The position numbers and the translations under genes were made by a program. A DNA stretch of 64,000 bases from positions 4,712,001 to 4,776,000 of the forward strand of contig OZ059894.1 of the NCBI GenBank assembly GCA_964057225.1, given 5' to 3'. Numbering within the stretch: position 1 is the stretch's first letter; each line of letters opens with the position of its first letter. Source of the DNA: Auanema rhodensis. Taxonomy: Eukaryota > Animalia > Nematoda. The notes under the pieces are model-generated. The model was not told the DNA's origin, did not search any database, and worked only from the letters and a program-made list of their open reading frames with translations. Shown piece after piece: positions 26,236-39,567 of the stretch.

Positions 26236-29200
26236 TGTGTTATCAGATTTGCGCTAGCTTAAAAATGCACCGAGATATCAACTGATATAAGTTCACACTT
26301 ATATCCTCGATTTTCACCCTGAAGAAATAATTTTTTTGTTGAATAACATTGTCCATCGTCTTTGCCTTGAAAAAAGGAATCTAAAAACATCTACTTTTTG
26401 CTAAATTATTTTGAAATTTTTCGAAAAAATTTTTGTCAAAATGTTTTTGGAAGCAATGTTGAGTGTACATGGAAACTCAACATACACTAATGCATCATTT
26501 TTCAAACGATCATAACTAATTTTTGTATCAAGCGTTTCTTAATGTAGTATAGTGCATTCGATCCGGATTTTTAAGCTGCGTCGATCTGTGTTATCAGATT
26601 TGCGCTAGCTTAAAAATGCACCGAGATATCAACTGATATAAGTTCACACTTATATCCTCGATTTTCACCCTGAAGAAATAATTTTTTCGTTGAATAACAT
26701 CGTCCATCGTCTTTGCCTTGAAAAAAGGAATCTAAAAACATCTACTTTTTGCTAAATTATTCTGAAATTTTTCGAAAAAATTTTTGTCAAAATGTTTTTG
26801 GAAGCAATGTTGAGTGTACATGGAAACTCAACATACACTAATGCATCATTTTTCAAACGATCATAACTAATTTTTGTATTAAGCGTTTCTTAATGTAGTA
26901 TAGTGCATTCGATCCGGATTTTTAAGCTGCGTCGATCTGTGTTATCAGATTTGCGCTAGCTTAAAAATGCACCGAGATATCAACTGATATAAGTTCACAC
27001 TTATATCCTCGATTTTCACCCTGAAGAAATAATTTTTTCGTTGAATAACATCGTCCATCGTCTTTGCCTTGAAAAAAGGAATCTAAAAACATCTGCTTTT
27101 TGCTAAATTATTTTGAAATTTTTCGAAAAAATTTTTGTCAAAATGTTTTTGGAAGCAATGTTGAGTGTACATGGAAACTCAACATACACTAATGCATCAT
27201 TTTTCAAACGATCATAACTAATTTTTGTATTAAGCGTTTCTCAATGTAGTATAGTGCATTCGATGCGGATTTTTAAGCTGCGTCGATCTGTGTTATCAGA
27301 TTTGCGCTAGCTTAAAAATGCACCGAGATATCAACTGATATAAGTTCACACTTATATCCTCGATTTTCACCCTGAAGAAATAATTTTTTCGTTGAATAAC
27401 ATTGTCTATCGTCTTTGCCTTGAGAAATGGAATCTAAAAACATCTACTTTTTGCTAAATTATTTTGAAGTTTTTCGAAAAAATTTTTGTCAAAATGTTTT
27501 TGGAAGCAATGTTGAGTGTACATGGAAACTCAACATACACTAATGCATCATTTTTCAAACGATCATAACTAATTTTTGTATCAAGCGTTTCTCAATGTAG
27601 TATAGTGCATTCGATGCGGATTTTTAAGCTGCGTCGATCTGTGTTATCAGATTTGCGCTAGCTTAAAAATGCACCGAGATATCAACTGATATAAGTTCAC
27701 ACTTATATCCTCGATTTTCATCCTGAAGAATTAATTTTTTCGTTGAATAACATTGTCCATCGTCTTTGCCTTGAAAAATCGAATCTAAAAACATCTACTT
27801 TTCGCTAAATTATTTTGAAATTTTTCGAAAAAATTTTTGTCAAAATGTTTTTGGAAGCAATGTTGAGTGTACATGGAAACTCAACATACACTAATGCATC
27901 ATTTTTCAAACGATCATAACTAATTCTTGTATCAAGCGTTTTTCAATGTAGTATAGTGCATTCGATGCGGATTTTTAAGCTGCGTCGATCTGTGTTATCA
28001 GATTTGCGCTAGCTTAAAAATGCACCGAGATATCAACTGATATAAGTTCACACTTATATCCTCGATTTTCACCCTGAAGAAATAATTTTTTCGTTGAATA
28101 ACATTGTCCATCGTCTTTGCCTTGAAAAAAGGAATCTAAAAACATCCACTTTTTGCTAAATTATTCTGAAATTTTTCGAAAAAATTTTTGTCAAAATTTT
28201 TTGGAAGCAATGTTGAGTGTACATGGAAACTCAACATACACTAATGCATCATTTTTCAAACGATCATAACTAATTCTTGTATCAAGCGTTTTTCAATGTA
28301 GTATAGTGCATTCGATGCGGATTTTTAAGCTGCGTCGATCTGTGTTATCAGATTTGCGCTAGCTTAAAAATGCACCGAGATATCAACTGATATAAGTTCA
28401 CACTTATATCCTCGATTTTCACCCTGAAGAAATAATTTTTTCGTTGAATAACATCGTCCATCGTCTTTGCCTTGAAAAAAGGAATCTAAAAACATCTACT
28501 GTTCGCTAAATTATTTTGAAATTTTTCGAAAAAATTTTTGTCAAAATGTTTTTGGAAGCAATGTTGAGTGTACATGGAAACTCAACATACACTAATGCAT
28601 CATTTTTCAAACGATCATAACTAATTTTTGTATCAAGCGTTTCTCAATGTAGTATAGTGCATTCGATGCGGATTTTTAAGCTGCGTCGATCTGTGTTATC
28701 AGATTTGCGCTAGCTTAAAAATGCACCGAGATATCAACTGATATAAGTTCACACTTATATCCTCGATTTTCACCCTGAAGAAATAATTTTTTCGTTGAAT
28801 AACATTGTCTATCGTCTTTGCCTTGAGAAATGGAATCTAAAAACATCTACTTTTTGCTAAATTATTTTGAAATTTTTCGAAAAAATTTTTGTCAAAATGT
28901 TTTTGGAAGCAATGTTGAGTGTACATGGAAACTCAACATACACTAATGCATCATTTTTCAAACGATCATAACTAATTTTTGTATCAAGCGTTTTTCAATG
29001 TAGTATAGTGCATTCGATGCGGATTTTTAAGCTGCGTCGATCTGTGTTATCAGATTTGCGCTAGCTTAAAAATGCACCGAGATATCAACTGATATAAGTT
29101 CACACTTATATCCTCGATTTTCACCCTGAAGAAATAATTTTTTCGTTGAATAACATCGTCCATCGTCTTTGCCTTGAAAAAAGGAATCTAAAAACATCTA

Positions 29201-32200
29201 CTTTTCGCTAAATTATTTTGAAATTTTTCGAAAAAATTTTTGTCAAAATGTTTTTGGAAGCAATGTTGAGTGTACATGGAAACTCAACATACACTAATGC
29301 ATCATTTTTCAAACGATCATAACTAATTCTTGTATCAAGCGTTTTTCAATGTAGTATAGTGCATTCGATGCGGATTTTTAAGCTGCGTCGATCTGTGTTA
29401 TCAGATTTGCGCTAGCTTAAAAATGCACCGAGATATCAACTGATATAAGTTCACACTTATATCCTCGATTTTCACCCTGAAGAAATAATTTTTTCGTTGA
29501 ATAACATCGTCCATCGTCTTTGCCTTGAAAAAAGGAATCTAAAAACATCTACTTTTCGCTAAATTATTTTGAAATTTTTCGAAAAAATTTTTGTCAAAAT
29601 GTTTTTGGAAGCAATGTTGAGTGTACATGGAAACTCAACATACACTAATGCATCATTTTTCAAACGATCATAACTAATTTTTGTATCAAGCGTTTCTCAA
29701 TGTAGTATAGTGCATTCGATGCGGATTTTTAAGCTGCGTCGATCTGTGTTATCAGATTTGCGCTAGCTTAAAAATGCACCGAGATATCAACTGATATAAG
29801 TTCACACTTATATCCTCGATTTTCACCCTGAAGAAATAATTTTTTCGTTGAATAACATTGTCCATCGTCTTTGCCTTGAAAAAAGGAATCTAAAAACATC
29901 CACTTTTTGCTAAATTATTCTGAAATTTTTCGAAAAAATTTTTGTCAAAATTTTTTGGAAGCAATGTTGAGTGTACATGGAAACTCAACATACACTAATG
30001 CATCATTTTTCAAACGATCATAACTAATTCTTGTATCAAGCGTTTTTCAATGTAGTATAGTGCATTCGATGCGGATTTTTAAGCTGCGTCGATCTGTGTT
30101 ATCAGATTTGCGCTAGCTTAAAAATGCACCGAGATATCAACTGATATAAGTTCACACTTATATCCTCGATTTTCACCCTGAAGAAATAATTTTTTCGTTG
30201 AATAACATCGTCCATCGTCTTTGCCTTGAAAAAAGGAATCTAAAAACATCTACTTTTCGCTAAATTATTTTGAAATTTTTCGAAAAAATTTTTGTCAAAA
30301 TGTTTTTGGAAGCAATGTTGAGTGTACATGGAAACTCAACATACACTAATGCATCATTTTTCAAACGATCATAACTAATTTTTGTATCAAGCGTTTCTCA
30401 ATGTAGTATAGTGCATTCGATGCGGATTTTTAAGCTGCGTCGATCTGTGTTATCAGATTTGCGCTAGCTTAAAAATGCACCGAGATATCAACTGATATAA
30501 GTTCACACTTATATCCTCGATTTTCACCCTGAAGAAATAATTTTTTCGTTGAATAACATTGTCTATCGTCTTTGCCTTGAGAAATGGAATCTAAAAACAT
30601 CTACTTTTTGCTAAATTATTTTGAAATTTTTCGAAAAAATTTTTGTCAAAATGTTTTTGGAAGCAATGTTGAGTGTACATGGAAACTCAACATACACTAA
30701 TGCATCATTTTTCAAACGATCATAACTAATTTTTGTATCAAGCGTTTTTCAATGTAGTATAGTGCATTCGATGCGGATTTTTAAGCTGCGTCGATCTGTG
30801 TTATCAGATTTGCGCTAGCTTAAAAATGCACCGAGATATCAACTGATATAAGTTCACACTTATATCCTCGATTTTCACCCTGAAGAAATAATTTTTTTGT
30901 TGAATAACATTGTCCATCGTCTTTGCCTTGAAAAAAGGAATCTAAAAACATCTACTTTTTGCTAAATTATTTTGAAATTTTTCGAAAAAATTTTTGTCAA
31001 AATGTTTTTGGAAGCAATGTTGAGTGTACATGGAAACTCAACATACACTAATGCATCATTTTTCAAACGATCATAACTAATTTTTGTATCAAGCGTTTCT
31101 TAATGTAGTATAGTGCATTCGATCCGGATTTTTAAGCTGCGTCGATCTGTGTTATCAGATTTGCGCTAGCTTAAAAATGCACCGAGATATCAACTGATAT
31201 AAGTTCACACTTATATCCTCGATTTTCACCCTGAAGAAATAATTTTTTCGTTGAATAACATCGTCCATCGTCTTTGCCTTGAAAAAAGGAATCTAAAAAC
31301 ATCTACTTTTTGCTAAATTATTTTGAAATTTTTCGAAAAAATTTTTGTCAAAATGTTTTTGGAAGCAATGTTGAGTGTACATGGAAACTCAACATACACT
31401 AATGCATCATTTTTCAAACGATCATAACTAATTTTTGTATTAAGCGTTTCTTAATGTAGTATAGTGCATTCGATCCGGATTTTTAAGCTGCGTCGATCTG
31501 TGTTATCAGATTTGCGCTAGCTTAAAAATGCACCGAGATATCAACTGATATAAGTTCACACTTATATCCTCGATTTTCACCCTGAAGAAATAATTTTTTC
31601 GTTGAATAACATCGTCCATCGTCTTTGCCTTGAAAAAAGGAATCTAAAAACATCTGCTTTTTGCTAAATTATTTTGAAATTTTTCGAAAAAATTTTTGTC
31701 AAAATGTTTTTGGAAGCAATGTTGAGTGTACATGGAAACTCAACATACACTAATGCATCATTTTTCAAACGATCATAACTAATTTTTGTATTAAGCGTTT
31801 CTCAATGTAGTATAGTGCATTCGATGCGGATTTTTAAGCTGCGTCGATCTGTGTTATCAGATTTGCGCTAGCTTAAAAATGCACCGAGATATCAACTGAT
31901 ATAAGTTCACACTTATATCCTCGATTTTCACCCTGAAGAAATAATTTTTTCGTTGAATAACATTGTCTATCGTCTTTGCCTTGAGAAATGGAATCTAAAA
32001 ACATCTACTTTTTGCTAAATTATTTTGAAGTTTTTCGAAAAAATTTTTGTCAAAATGTTTTTGGAAGCAATGTTGAGTGTACATGGAAACTCAACATACA
32101 CTAATGCATCATTTTTCAAACGATCATAACTAATTTTTGTATCAAGCGTTTCTCAATGTAGTATAGTGCATTCGATGCGGATTTTTAAGCTGCGTCGATC

Positions 32201-33450
32201 TGTGTTATCAGATTTGCGCTAGCTTAAAAATGCACCGAGATATCAACTGATATAAGTTCACACTTATATCCTCGATTTTCATCCTGAAGAATTAATTTTT
32301 TCGTTGAATAACATTGTCCATCGTCTTTGCCTTGAAAAATCGAATCTAAAAACATCTACTTTTCGCTAAATTATTTTGAAATTTTTCGAAAAAATTTTTG
32401 TCAAAATGTTTTTGGAAGCAATGTTGAGTGTACATGGAAACTCAACATACACTAATGCATCATTTTTCAAACGATCATAACTAATTCTTGTATCAAGCGT
32501 TTTTCAATGTAGTATAGTGCATTCGATGCGGATTTTTAAGCTGCGTCGATCTGTGTTATCAGATTTGCGCTAGCTTAAAAATGCACCGAGATATCAACTG
32601 ATATAAGTTCACACTTATATCCTCGATTTTCACCCTGAAGAAATAATTTTTTCGTTGAATAACATTGTCCATCGTCTTTGCCTTGAAAAAAGGAATCTAA
32701 AAACATCCACTTTTTGCTAAATTATTCTGAAATTTTTCGAAAAAATTTTTGTCAAAATTTTTTGGAAGCAATGTTGAGTGTACATGGAAACTCAACATAC
32801 ACTAATGCATCATTTTTCAAACGATCATAACTAATTCTTGTATCAAGCGTTTTTCAATGTAGTATAGTGCATTCGATGCGGATTTTTAAGCTGCGTCGAT
32901 CTGTGTTATCAGATTTGCGCTAGCTTAAAAATGCACCGAGATATCAACTGATATAAGTTCACACTTATATCCTCGATTTTCACCCTGAAGAAATAATTTT
33001 TTCGTTGAATAACATCGTCCATCGTCTTTGCCTTGAAAAAAGGAATCTAAAAACATCTACTTTTCGCTAAATTATTTTGAAATTTTTCGAAAAAATTTTT
33101 GTCAAAATGTTTTTGGAAGCAATGTTGAGTGTACATGGAAACTCAACATACACTAATGCATCATTTTTCAAACGATCATAACTAATTTTTGTATCAAGCG
33201 TTTCTCAATGTAGTATAGTGCATTCGATGCGGATTTTTAAGCTGCGTCGATCTGTGTTATCAGATTTGCGCTAGCTTAAAAATGCACCGAGATATCAACT
33301 GATATAAGTTCACACTTATATCCTCGATTTTCACCCTGAAGAAATAATTTTTTCGTTGAATAACATTGTCTATCGTCTTTGCCTTGAGAAATGGAATCTA
33401 AAAACATCTACTTTTTGCTAAATTATTTTGAAATTTTTCGAAAAAATTTT
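26236..33450. repeat. Segmental duplication within the array, offset 4561 bp (13 monomers)
   Basis: Rare variants pair at a constant offset: atctgct 27095/31656, ttttgaagt 27469/32030, catccact 28147/32708, tttttttgtt 26337/30898. Confidence 0.9.
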
Positions 33451-35355
33451 TGTCAAAATTTTTTGGAAGCAATGTTGAGTGTACATGGAAACTCAACATA
33501 CACTAATGCATCATTTTTCAAACGATCATAACTAATTCTTGTATCAAGCGTTTTTCAATGTAGTATAGTGCATTCGATGCGGATTTTTAAGCTGCGTCGA
33601 TCTGTGTTATCAGATTTGCGCTAGCTTAAAAATGCACCGAGATATCAACTGATATAAGTTCACACTTATATCCTCGATTTTCACCCTGAAGAAATAATTT
33701 TTTCGTTGAATAACATCGTCCATCGTCTTTGCCTTGAAAAAAGGAATCTAAAAACATCTACTTTTCGCTAAATTATTTTGAAATTTTTCGAAAAAATTTT
33801 TGTCAAAATGTTTTTGGAAGCAATGTTGAGTGTACATGGAAACTCAACATACACTAATGCATCATTTTTCAAACGATCATAACTAATTTTTGTATCAAGC
33901 GTTTCTCAATGTAGTATAGTGCATTCGATGCGGATTTTTAAGCTGCGTCGATCTGTGTTATCAGATTTGCGCTAGCTTAAAAATGCACCGAGATATCAAC
34001 TGATATAAGTTCACACTTATATCCTCGATTTTCACCCTGAAGAAATAATTTTTTCGTTGAATAACATTGTCTATCGTCTTTGCCTTGAGAAATGGAATCT
34101 AAAAACATCTACTTTTTGCTAAATTATTTTGAAATTTTTCGAAAAAATTTTTGTCAAAATTTTTTGGAAGCAATGTTGAGTGTACATGGAAACTCAACAT
34201 ACACTAATGCATCATTTTTCAAACGATCATAACTAATTCTTGTATCAAGCGTTTTTCAATGTAGTATAGTGCATTCGATGCGGATTTTTAAGCTGCGTCG
34301 ATCTGTGTTATCAGATTTGCGCTAGCTTAAAAATGCACCGAGATATCAACTGATATAAGTTCACACTTATATCCTCGATTTTCACCCTGAAGAAATAATT
34401 TTTTCGTTGAATAACATCGTCCATCGTCTTTGCCTTGAAAAAAGGAATCTAAAAACATCTACTTTTCGCTAAATTATTTTGAAATTTTTCGAAAAAATTT
34501 TTGTCAAAATGTTTTTGGAAGCAATGTTGAGTGTACATGGAAACTCAACATACACTAATGCATCATTTTTCAAACGATCATAACTAATTTTTGTATCAAG
34601 CGTTTCTCAATGTAGTATAGTGCATTCGATGCGGATTTTTAAGCTGCGTCGATCTGTGTTATCAGATTTGCGCTAGCTTAAAAATGCACCGAGATATCAA
34701 CTGATATAAGTTCACACTTATATCCTCGATTTTCACCCTGAAGAAATAATTTTTTCGTTGAATAACATTGTCTATCGTCTTTGCCTTGAGAAATGGAATC
34801 TAAAAACATCTACTTTTTGCTAAATTATTTTGAAATTTTTCGAAAAAATTTTTGTCAAAATGTTTTTGGAAGCAATGTTGAGTGTACATGGAAACTCAAC
34901 ATACACTAATGCATCATTTTTCAAACGATCATAACTAATTCTTGTATCAAGCGTTTTTCAATGTAGTATAGTGCATTCGATGCGGATTTTTAAGCTGCGT
35001 CGATCTGTGTTATCAGATTTGCGCTAGCTTAAAAATGCACCGAGATATCAACTGATATAAGTTCACACTTATATCCTCGATTTTCACCCTGAAGAAATAA
35101 TTTTTTCGTTGAATAACATTGTCCATCGTCTTTGCCTTGAAAAAAGGAATCTAAAAACATCTACTTTTTGCTAAATTATTTTGAAATTTTTCGAAAAAAT
35201 TTTTGTCAAAATTTTTTGGAAGCAATGTTGAGTGTACATGGAAACTCAACATACACTAATGCATCATTTTTCAAACGATCATAACTAATTTTTGTATCAA
35301 GCGTTTTTCAATGTAGTATAGTGCATTCGATGCGGATTTTTAAGCTGCGTCGATC

Positions 35356-38300
35356 TGTGTTATCAGATTTGCGCTAGCTTAAAAATGCACCGAGATATCA
35401 ACTGATATAAGTTCACACTTATATCCTCGATTTTCACCCTGAAGAAATAATTTTTTCGTTGAATAACATCGTCCATCGTCTTTGCCTTGAAAAAAGGAAT
35501 CTAAAAACATCTACTTTTCGCTAAATTATTTTGAAATTTTTCGAAAAAATTTTTGTCAAAATGTTTTTGGAAGCAATGTTGAGTGTACATGGAAACTCAA
35601 CATACACTAATGCATCATTTTTCAAACGATCATAACTAATTTTTGTATCAAGCGTTTCTCAATGTAGTATAGTGCATTCGATGCGGATTTTTAAGCTGCG
35701 TCGATCTGTGTTATCAGATTTGCGCTAGCTTAAAAATGCACCGAGATATCAACTGATATAAGTTCACACTTATATCCTCGATTTTCACCCTGAAGAAATA
35801 ATTTTTTCGTTGAATAACATCGTCCATCGTCTTTGCCTTGAAAAAAGGAATCTAAAAACATCTACTTTTCGCTAAATTATTTTGAAATTTTTCGAAAAAA
35901 TTTTTGTCAAAATGTTTTTGGAAGCAATGTTGAGTGTACATGGAAACTCAACATACACTAATGCATCATTTTTCAAACGATCATAACTAATTTTTGTATC
36001 AAGCGTTTCTCAATGTAGTATAGTGCATTCGATGCGGATTTTTAAGCTGCGTCGATCTGTGTTATCAGATTTGCGCTAGCTTAAAAATGCACCGAGATAT
36101 CAACTGATATAAGTTCACACTTATATCCTCGATTTTCACCCTGAAGAAATAATTTTTTCGTTGAATAACATCGTCCATCGTCTTTGCCTTGAAAAAAGGA
36201 ATCTAAAAACATCTACTTTTCGCTAAATTATTTTGAAATTTTTCGAAAAAATTTTTGTCAAAATGTTTTTGGAAGCAATGTTGAGTGTACATGGAAACTC
36301 AACATACACTAATGCATCATTTTTCAAACGATCATAACTAATTTTTGTATCGAGCGTTTTTCAATGTAATATAGTGCATTCGATGCGCATTTTTAAGCTG
36401 CGTCGATCTGTGTTATCAGATTTGCGCTAGCTTAAAAATGCACCGAGATATCAACTGATATAAGTTCACACTTATATCCTCGATTTTCACCCTGAAGAAA
36501 TAATTTTTTCGTTGAATAACATCGTCCATCGTCTTTGCCTTGAAAAAAGGAATCTAAAAACATCTACTTTTCGCTAAATTATTTTGAAATTTTTCGAAAA
36601 AATTTTTGTCAAAATGTTTTTGGAAGCAATGTTATGTGTACATGGAAACTCAACATACACTAATGCATCATTTTTCAAACGATCATAACTAATTTTTGTA
36701 TCAAGCGTTTCTCAATGTAGTATAGTGCATTCGATGCGGATTTTTAAGCTGCGTCGATCTGTGTTATCAGATTTGCGCTAGCTTAAAAATGCACCGAGAT
36801 ATCAACTGATATAAGTTCACACTTATATCCTCGATTTTCACCCTGAAGAAATAATTTTTTCGTTGAATAACATCGTCCATCGTCTTTGCCTTGAAAAAAG
36901 GAATCTAAAAACATCTACTTTTCGCTAAATTATTTTGAAATTTTTCGAAAAAATTTTTGTCAAAATGTTTTTGGAAGCAATGTTGAGTGTACATGGAAAC
37001 TCAACATACACTAATGCATCATTTTTCAAACGATCATAACTAATTTTTGTATCAAGCGTTTCTCAATGTAGTATAGTGCATTCGATGCGGATTTTTAAGC
37101 TGCGTCGATCTGTGTTATCAGATTTGCGCTAGCTTAAAAATGCACCGAGATATCAACTGATATAAGTTCACACTTATATCCTCGATTTTCACCCTGAAGA
37201 AATAATTTTTTCGTTGAATAACATCGTCCATCGTCTTTGCCTTGAAAAAAGGAATCTAAAAACATCTACTTTTCGCTAAATTATTTTGAAATTTTTCGAA
37301 AAAATTTTTGTCAAAATGTTTTTGGAAGCAATGTTGAGTGTACATGGAAACTCAACATACACTAATGCATCATTTTTCAAACGATCATAACTAATTTTTG
37401 TATCAAGCGTTTCTCAATGTAGTATAGTGCATTCGATGCGGATTTTTAAGCTGCGTCGATCTGTGTTATCAGATTTGCGCTAGCTTAAAAATGCACCGAG
37501 ATATCAACTGATATAAGTTCACACTTATATCCTCGATTTTCACCCTGAAGAAATAATTTTTTCGTTGAATAACATCGTCCATCGTCTTTGCCTTGAAAAA
37601 AGGAATCTAAAAACATCTACTTTTCGCTAAATTATTTTGAAATTTTTCGAAAAAATTTTTGTCAAAATGTTTTTGGAAGCAATGTTGAGTGTACATGGAA
37701 ACTCAACATACACTAATGCATCATTTTTCAAACGATCATAACTAATTTTTGTATCAAGCGTTTCTCAATGTAGTATAGTGCATTCGATGCGGATTTTTAA
37801 GCTGCGTCGATCTGTGTTATCAGATTTGCGCTAGCTTAAAAATGCACCGAGATATCAACTGATATAAGTTCACACTTATATCCTCGATTTTCACCCTGAA
37901 GAAATAATTTTTTCGTTGAATAACATCGTCCATCGTCTTTGCCTTGAAAAAAGGAATCTAAAAACATCTACTTTTCGCTAAATTATTTTGAAATTTTTCG
38001 AAAAAATTTTTGTCAAAATGTTTTTGGAAGCAATGTTGAGTGTACATGGAAACTCAACATACACTAATGCATCATTTTTCAAACGATCATAACTAATTTT
38101 TGTATCAAGCGTTTCTCAATGTAGTATAGTGCATTCGATGCGGATTTTTAAGCTGCGTCGATCTGTGTTATCAGATTTGCGCTAGCTTAAAAATGCACCG
38201 AGATATCAACTGATATAAGTTCACACTTATATCCTCGATTTTCACCCTGAAGAAATAATTTTTTCGTTGAATAACATCGTCCATCGTCTTTGCCTTGAAA

Positions 38301-39567
38301 AAAGGAATCTAAAAACATCTACTTTTCGCTAAATTATTTTGAAATTTTTCGAAAAAATTTTTGTCAAAATGTTTTTGGAAGCAATGTTGAGTGTACATGG
38401 AAACTCAACATACACTAATGCATCATTTTTCAAACGATCATAACTAATTTTTGTATCGAGCGTTTTTCAATGTAATATAGTGCATTCGATGCGCATTTTT
38501 AAGCTGCGTCGATCTGTGTTATCAGATTTGCGCTAGCTTAAAAATGCACCGAGATATCAACTGATATAAGTTCACACTTATATCCTCGATTTTCACCCTG
38601 AAGAAATAATTTTTTCGTTGAATAACATCGTCCATCGTCTTTGCCTTGAAAAAAGGAATCTAAAAACATCTACTTTTCGCTAAATTATTTTGAAATTTTT
38701 CGAAAAAATTTTTGTCAAAATGTTTTTGGAAGCAATGTTATGTGTACATGGAAACTCAACATACACTAATGCATCATTTTTCAAACGATCATAACTAATT
38801 TTTGTATCAAGCGTTTCTCAATGTAGTATAGTGCATTCGATGCGGATTTTTAAGCTGCGTCGATCTGTGTTATCAGATTTGCGCTAGCTTAAAAATGCAC
38901 CGAGATATCAACTGATATAAGTTCACACTTATATCCTCGATTTTCACCCTGAAGAAATAATTTTTTCGTTGAATAACATCGTCCATCGTCTTTGCCTTGA
39001 AAAAAGGAATCTAAAAACATCTACTTTTCGCTAAATTATTTTGAAATTTTTCGAAAAAATTTTTGTCAAAATGTTTTTGGAAGCAATGTTGAGTGTACAT
39101 GGAAACTCAACATACACTAATGCATCATTTTTCAAACGATCATAACTAATTTTTGTATCAAGCGTTTCTCAATGTAGTATAGTGCATTCGATGCGGATTT
39201 TTAAGCTGCGTCGATCTGTGTTATCAGATTTGCGCTAGCTTAAAAATGCACCGAGATATCAACTGATATAAGTTCACACTTATATCCTCGATTTTCACCC
39301 TGAAGAAATAATTTTTTCGTTGAATAACATCGTCCATCGTCTTTGCCTTGAAAAAAGGAATCTAAAAACATCTACTTTTCGCTAAATTATTTTGAAATTT
39401 TTCGAAAAAATTTTTGTCAAAATGTTTTTGGAAGCAATGTTGAGTGTACATGGAAACTCAACATACACTAATGCATCATTTTTCAAACGATCATAACTAA
39501 TTTTTGTATCAAGCGTTTCTCAATGTAGTATAGTGCATTCGATGCGGATTTTTAAGCTGCGTCGATC
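35356..39567. repeat. Homogeneous block of 12 near-identical monomers, structured as two 6-mers (2106 bp)
   Basis: All copies carry catcgtcc and ttttcgct. Rare markers atgttatgt (36635/38741) and tatcgag...gtaat...gcgcat (36351/38457) are 2106 bp apart. Confidence 0.9.
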
